A DNA stretch of 64,000 nucleotides from Actinomycetota bacterium (lineage in GTDB: Bacteria > Actinomycetota > UBA4738 > HRBIN12): NCBI GenBank assembly GCA_035640355.1, contig DASQWI010000019.1, positions 55,222-119,221 of the forward strand, read 5' to 3'. The position numbers were made by a program, and so were the translations under genes. Position 1 is the stretch's first letter, and the number at the start of each line of letters is the position of its first letter. The notes under the pieces are model-generated. The model was not told the DNA's origin. It searched no databases and saw only the letters and a program-made list of their open reading frames with translations. Positions 60,326 to 64,000 of this stretch are shown piece after piece.

Positions 60326-61216
60326 GTGAACGAGTACGAAGCGCTCGTCGACGACGCGGTGCGCACCAAGCACACCGTCGTTCTCGTCGGAGGGCTCGAC
60401 ACCGGCAAGACTTCGCTGTCGCGCAACGTGCTCACGGCGGCAGTCGAGGCGGGCCGGCCGGCCGCGATGCTCGACGCCGACGTGGGTCAGAAGACCGTGG
60501 GCCCGCCCGCAACGGTCACACTGAAGATGGTTCGCTCGGCGGCGGACCTCGAACCCGGAAGCCTCGCGGTGGCCGACGAGATGTCGTTCGTCGGGTCGAC
60601 GTCGGCACAGGGCCACCTGCTCCCCGTCGTCGCGGGGGTCGCCAGGCTCCATCGCCGCGCGAAGGACGAGGGCGCCGATCTGATTGTCGTCGACACGTCG
60701 GGGCTCGTGTCGGGCATCACCGGGCAGGTCCTCAAGTATCACAAGGTCGAGCTGCTCGAGCCGGACCTCGTCATCGGATTGCAGCGGGGCGAAGAGCTCT
60801 TGCCGCTCCTCGGCGTGATCCAGCGGTTCTTTCCCACGCAGGTCGTTCCCCTCGGCGTGCATCCGGACGTCGTTCCGACGACGGTCGACCGTCGCGCGGA
60901 CAACCGTGAGCGCGCGATGCGGGCCTACTTCTCGGGCGAGCTGCATCGGTTCCGTGTCAAGCCGACGGTGTTCATGCCGGCGCTCCCTCCGCTGTTCGAC
61001 GTACCGAAGTTGCACCGGATGCTCGTCGGGCTGTCGAACGGTGCGGGCGCGTACACAGGTCTCGGCTACCTCGAGTACACCGAGGACGAGGGAGTCCTGC
61101 GATTGATCTCGCCGGTGGCGGCCGGGCCGAAGGCGCTTAGACTGGGCTCCGTCCGGCTCGACGAGAACCTCCGCGCCAAGCGAGTCGACCTGCGGAGCCT
61201 GTTCGGGTCGGAGTAA
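60326..61216 (+). CDS. Clp1/Grc3-family P-loop polynucleotide 5'-kinase-like protein
   Basis: GTG at 60326 follows GGAGG. Walker A GGLDTGKTS (Asp before GK[ST], as in Clp1), Walker B LIVVDTSG, and the lid-like RRADNRERAMRAYFSG (R..R...YF.G, as in Clp1). Confidence 0.72.
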   Translation: MNEYEALVDDAVRTKHTVVLVGGLDTGKTSLSRNVLTAAVEAGRPAAMLDADVGQKTVGPPATVTLKMVRSAADLEPGSLAVADEMSFVGSTSAQGHLLPVVAGVARLHRRAKDEGADLIVVDTSGLVSGITGQVLKYHKVELLEPDLVIGLQRGEELLPLLGVIQRFFPTQVVPLGVHPDVVPTTVDRRADNRERAMRAYFSGELHRFRVKPTVFMPALPPLFDVPKLHRMLVGLSNGAGAYTGLGYLEYTEDEGVLRLISPVAAGPKALRLGSVRLDENLRAKRVDLRSLFGSE

Positions 61217-61256
61217 CCCCCCCAATGAGACAGGTATAAGACAGAGAGGAACGCGC

Positions 61257-61358
61257 GTGCCGTCGTTGATCAAGAAGCGCCGCAAGAAGATGCGGAAGAA
61301 GAAGCACAAGAAGCTGCTCAAGAAGACCCGCTGGCAGCGGCGGCAACAGGGCCGCTAG
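61257..61358 (+). CDS. ribosomal protein bS22 (33 aa)
   Basis: GTG at 61257 follows AGAGAGGA. (M)PSLIKKRRKKMRKKKHKKLLKKTRWQRRQQGR closely resembles mycobacterial bS22 ([33 protein letters not shown], from memory). Below the ORF-track length cutoff. Confidence 0.85.
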   Translation: MPSLIKKRRKKMRKKKHKKLLKKTRWQRRQQGR

Positions 61359-61372
61359 CTCGAAGAACGTTC

Positions 61373-62179
61373 GTGCGGGGTCCGCACACCGCCGGCCGGG
61401 CAATCCCCGCATCCCAGGCGACGCGCATCGGCGGTCACGTCTCGTCGAGCCGTCTCGTCCGTCGGATGGCCATCGCCGTCGTCGCGGTCGTCGTCGTTGG
61501 ATGCTCGGGCGGCGAGCGACCCGTCGACATCTCGGGCTCCCGGGCCGTCTCGTTCATGTCGAGCGACGGGATCGAGCTCGAGGGCCGGCTGTTCGGCGAT
61601 GGGACGTCGGCGGTCGTGCTGTCGCACATGCGCCCCGCCGACCAGACATCGTGGTTCGCGTTCGCCTCGCGCCTCTCGGACGCCGGGTACCTCGTACTGA
61701 CGTACGACTTCCGCGGGTACTGCCCGGGCGGGCAAGGCGGCTGCTCCGCCGGCGAGCGCGACGTGCCGGCGATGTGGCAAGACGTTCTCGGGGCGATCGA
61801 CTTCGTCCGAGATCGCGGAGCGACGCGCGTTTCGCTCGTCGGCGCGAGCATGGGCGGGACTGCGTCGCTCATCGCGGCGTCTCGCGCCGACATCGACGTT
61901 CGCTCGGTCATCGCGCTCTCGGCGCCGACGTCGATCGAGGGCCTCGTGGTCGATCCCGCCGTGCTCACGAACGTTACGGCCGCGAAGCTGTTCATCGCCG
62001 GCCTCGGCGACGCACCCGCCGCGCGTGACGCTCAAACGCTGCACGCGCAGTCGCCCCCACCGAAACGCGTCGAGATCGTACCGGTCGACGATCATGGCAC
62101 CGATCTGCTCACCGGTCCACGGGGCGAGGAGGTGCGGCGCCTCATCGAGTTGTATCTCGAGCTGTACGCCGGACCGTGA
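61373..62179 (+). CDS. alpha/beta hydrolase, probable lipoprotein
   Basis: The lipobox-like VVVVGCSG follows RLVRRMAIAVVAVV. Nucleophile elbow GASMGG. The start is GTG 61373 or ATG 61466. Confidence 0.8.
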   Translation: MRGPHTAGRAIPASQATRIGGHVSSSRLVRRMAIAVVAVVVVGCSGGERPVDISGSRAVSFMSSDGIELEGRLFGDGTSAVVLSHMRPADQTSWFAFASRLSDAGYLVLTYDFRGYCPGGQGGCSAGERDVPAMWQDVLGAIDFVRDRGATRVSLVGASMGGTASLIAASRADIDVRSVIALSAPTSIEGLVVDPAVLTNVTAAKLFIAGLGDAPAARDAQTLHAQSPPPKRVEIVPVDDHGTDLLTGPRGEEVRRLIELYLELYAGP

Positions 62180-62191
62180 GCCGATCGAGCG

Positions 62192-62344
62192 TCAGGGCGT
62201 CGTCGTGGTCGTCGGAACCGGCGTACCCGGCTGCGGTCCGGGGAATCGGTCGCGGTCGTCGCTCGCCAGCACCAACTGGTAGATCGCGGCTGCGCCGAGG
62301 AGCACGAACAGCACGACGATCGCGATGAACGTGCCGCGGCGCAC
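62192..62344 (-). CDS. possible 50-aa single-TM protein with Pro/Thr tail
   Basis: (V)RRGTFIAIVVLFVLLGAAAIYQLVLASDDRDRFPGPQPGTPVPTTTTTP. 45 of 50 codons end in G/C. An in-frame stop lies 3 codons upstream of the GTG. No SD sequence. Confidence 0.45.
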   Translation of the reverse strand: MRRGTFIAIVVLFVLLGAAAIYQLVLASDDRDRFPGPQPGTPVPTTTTTP

Positions 62345-62450
62345 CGGCGGAGGCTAGCAGCGGCAGATGCGACGAGCCGGACCGGGCCCGACCACAGGAC
62401 GCGCAGCCGGTCGGCCTCACGTCCGGTGAACCACCTATGCTGCGCGCGCG

Positions 62451-63167
62451 ATGTGGCTGTTCCCCGCTGTCGCGGCTGCGGTTGCGCTCGCGTTCACAGC
62501 GCTGCTGGCCCGCAGGTTCCTCAGGTCTCGCCGCTCGTACCTCGCGTTCTGGGCCGCGGCGCTGGGCATGTATTCGGTGGCCTCCGCGGTCGTCGCGCTC
62601 GGGGCGCTCGACGGCTGGACGTCGGGGGAGTTCCGGGTCTACTGGGCGGTCGGCGCCGTCCTCAACGTCCCGTTCCTCGCCCAGGGCGAGATCGACCTGC
62701 TCGTCCGTAATCGTGCGATCCGCTCGATCCTGTACGTCGTCCTCGTGTTCGTCACGGCGTACACGATCGCCCGCGTTCGAACGGCCGGCGTCCACGACGC
62801 CGCACTCGCGGAGGACCTGCCGTCGGGCAAGGAGATCTTCGGGGACGGGACGCCCGCCCACCGGCTCCCGCAGCTCGTCGCGTATCCCTCGTACTTCGTG
62901 CTCGTCGCCGGCGCCCTGTGGTCGGCGTGGCGGATGCGCCGGGCGCCGGAGCTGCGTGATCGGTTCGTCGGGACGATCCTGATAGCGGTCGGCGCAACGT
63001 TGATCGCGGCCTTCGGATCGGCGTTCGCTGCGATCGGTCTACTCGTCCCGTTCTCGCTCGCGTTGCTCGGCGGAGTCTCGGTGATGTTCTGGGGGTTCCT
63101 CAGGGCGTCGCGGAGGTCGTCGCCGCGGGAGCGTTCGCCAGCTGGCGCACAGGCCGTCAGGCGATAG
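62451..63167 (+). CDS. integral membrane protein, unknown function
   Basis: 238 aa with about 6 hydrophobic segments and coding-like composition. Confidence 0.75.
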   Translation: MWLFPAVAAAVALAFTALLARRFLRSRRSYLAFWAAALGMYSVASAVVALGALDGWTSGEFRVYWAVGAVLNVPFLAQGEIDLLVRNRAIRSILYVVLVFVTAYTIARVRTAGVHDAALAEDLPSGKEIFGDGTPAHRLPQLVAYPSYFVLVAGALWSAWRMRRAPELRDRFVGTILIAVGATLIAAFGSAFAAIGLLVPFSLALLGGVSVMFWGFLRASRRSSPRERSPAGAQAVRR

Positions 63168-63897
63168 ATCCGCGCCACGCCGGACCGTCGGTTCGAGGCG
63201 TCTGGGGCCGAGAGCCCGCCACCTCTTCGGTGATCCAGAGCTCGTCGTAGACGGAGACATCAACGATGAGCTGGATCAGGACGGAGCCGTCGTCGTACGG
63301 CACGAACATCGGCCCGTACGGTTTGAACTCGCCCCCGCTGCCCAACCACAGCTGATACGCGTATCCGGGCGCGGGATCCGGGCACAACTCCGCCAACACG
63401 AACATGCGACGGAGGTCCGGGACGGAGACCTGGACGAAGTCGCTGTTGGGCGGTGTACCCGCCTGCGGCTCGACCGGCTCCGGATCCACGCCGGGTGAGG
63501 TCATGAGCGAGGCGAGCTCGAACGCGATCTGGGTTCGCTCCTCGGCGACCTGGGCGCGGTTCATCATCGTGAACGAGAGGGCACCGAGACCGAGGACCGC
63601 GACGGCGGTAGCCGCGAATCCCACGAACGCGGTCGGACGTGTGCCGGAGCGGTCATCGCGCCGCCGCATCGCTCGCTGGATGCGAGGAAATGTCGTGTCG
63701 GGAGGAGCGATCGGGTCGGCGGAGACGGCCAGGTCGCCCGCGACGGCCTCGAACTCCGCGAGCACGCGCCGGCAGGTGAGGCAGGCCGGGACGTGGCCGG
63801 CGAGGAGGCGATCGGCCTCGGCCTCATCCTCGCCCGAGAGCGAACGCAACGCGTAGCCGGCGAGGAGCTCCTCGATCCGCTCGTGGTCCTCGCGCAC
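63157..63897 (-). CDS. zinc-binding anti-sigma factor, RskA-like
   Basis: The GTG immediately follows the sigma-gene stop. ZAS motif H-x3-C-x2-C (GHVPACLTC), a central TM (FVGFAATAVAVLGLGALSF) and an RskA-type C-terminus (YAYQLWLGSGG). Confidence 0.85.
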   Translation of the reverse strand: MREDHERIEELLAGYALRSLSGEDEAEADRLLAGHVPACLTCRRVLAEFEAVAGDLAVSADPIAPPDTTFPRIQRAMRRRDDRSGTRPTAFVGFAATAVAVLGLGALSFTMMNRAQVAEERTQIAFELASLMTSPGVDPEPVEPQAGTPPNSDFVQVSVPDLRRMFVLAELCPDPAPGYAYQLWLGSGGEFKPYGPMFVPYDDGSVLIQLIVDVSVYDELWITEEVAGSRPQTPRTDGPAWRGSIA

Positions 63898-64000
63898 TCA
63901 GTCCTCCGGCTCGAGAGAGCGCCGCAGCTTCCGCATCGCCGCGAGCGTTCTCGTCTTCACGGTCCCGACGGGGATCCCGAGCCTCTCGGCGATCCGGGTC
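63898..64000 (-). CDS. ECF sigma factor, C-terminal 33 codons (rest beyond window)
   Basis: Translation ..TRIAERLGIPVGTVKTRTLAAMRKLRRSLEPED-stop is a sigma-70 region 4 HTH. Confidence 0.85.
   Translation of the reverse strand, partial: TRIAERLGIPVGTVKTRTLAAMRKLRRSLEPED

Overview
All calls below were made by eye from the translations and the sequence; no searches or folding programs were run. This is a 64-kb, very high-GC, tightly packed chromosomal segment that looks like a member of the Actinomycetota. The lineage markers are mshA, a GlnR-type orphan regulator, ribosomal protein bS22, an RsiG-like protein and a Glu/Asp/Phe tRNA set.

Gene content, left to right:
- A nearly complete, mostly translationally coupled de novo purine operon: purA-purD-purE(like)-purB-purC-purS-purQ-purL-(sulfite-oxidase-family gene)-purF-purM, followed by a single-domain response regulator.
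- A 2-oxoacid dehydrogenase E1alpha/E1beta/E2 operon.
- Four tRNAs (Phe, Asp, Glu, Lys) interleaved with accessory-looking genes. These include two ~1065-aa paralogous zinc-ribbon/class-III-cyclase/STAND-ATPase/TPR proteins and an ECF sigma factor fused to a membrane anchor and an extremely acidic repeat tail.
- nadE.
- A nitrogen block (glnA2-type GS, glnE, alkA-like, glnA, glnR) with GlnR-box-like sites.
- A sulfur block (MoaD/ThiS-like, APS reductase, ATP sulfurylase).
- An M23 peptidase.
- An RsiG-like / HD-GYP pair.
- Asparaginase and mshA.
- A 556-bp non-coding gap holding a promoter, a hairpin-rich ~280-nt transcript and a terminator (unclassified RNA).
- tetR and proC.
- A six-gene aminotransferase/CoA-transferase/deacetylase operon.
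- A Clp1-family P-loop kinase and bS22.
- An RskA-like anti-sigma / ECF sigma pair at the right edge.

A 42-43-nt palindromic repeat occurs four times at gene boundaries, and two copies run into the 3' ends of ORFs. I saw no rRNA, CRISPR array, transposase or integrase.
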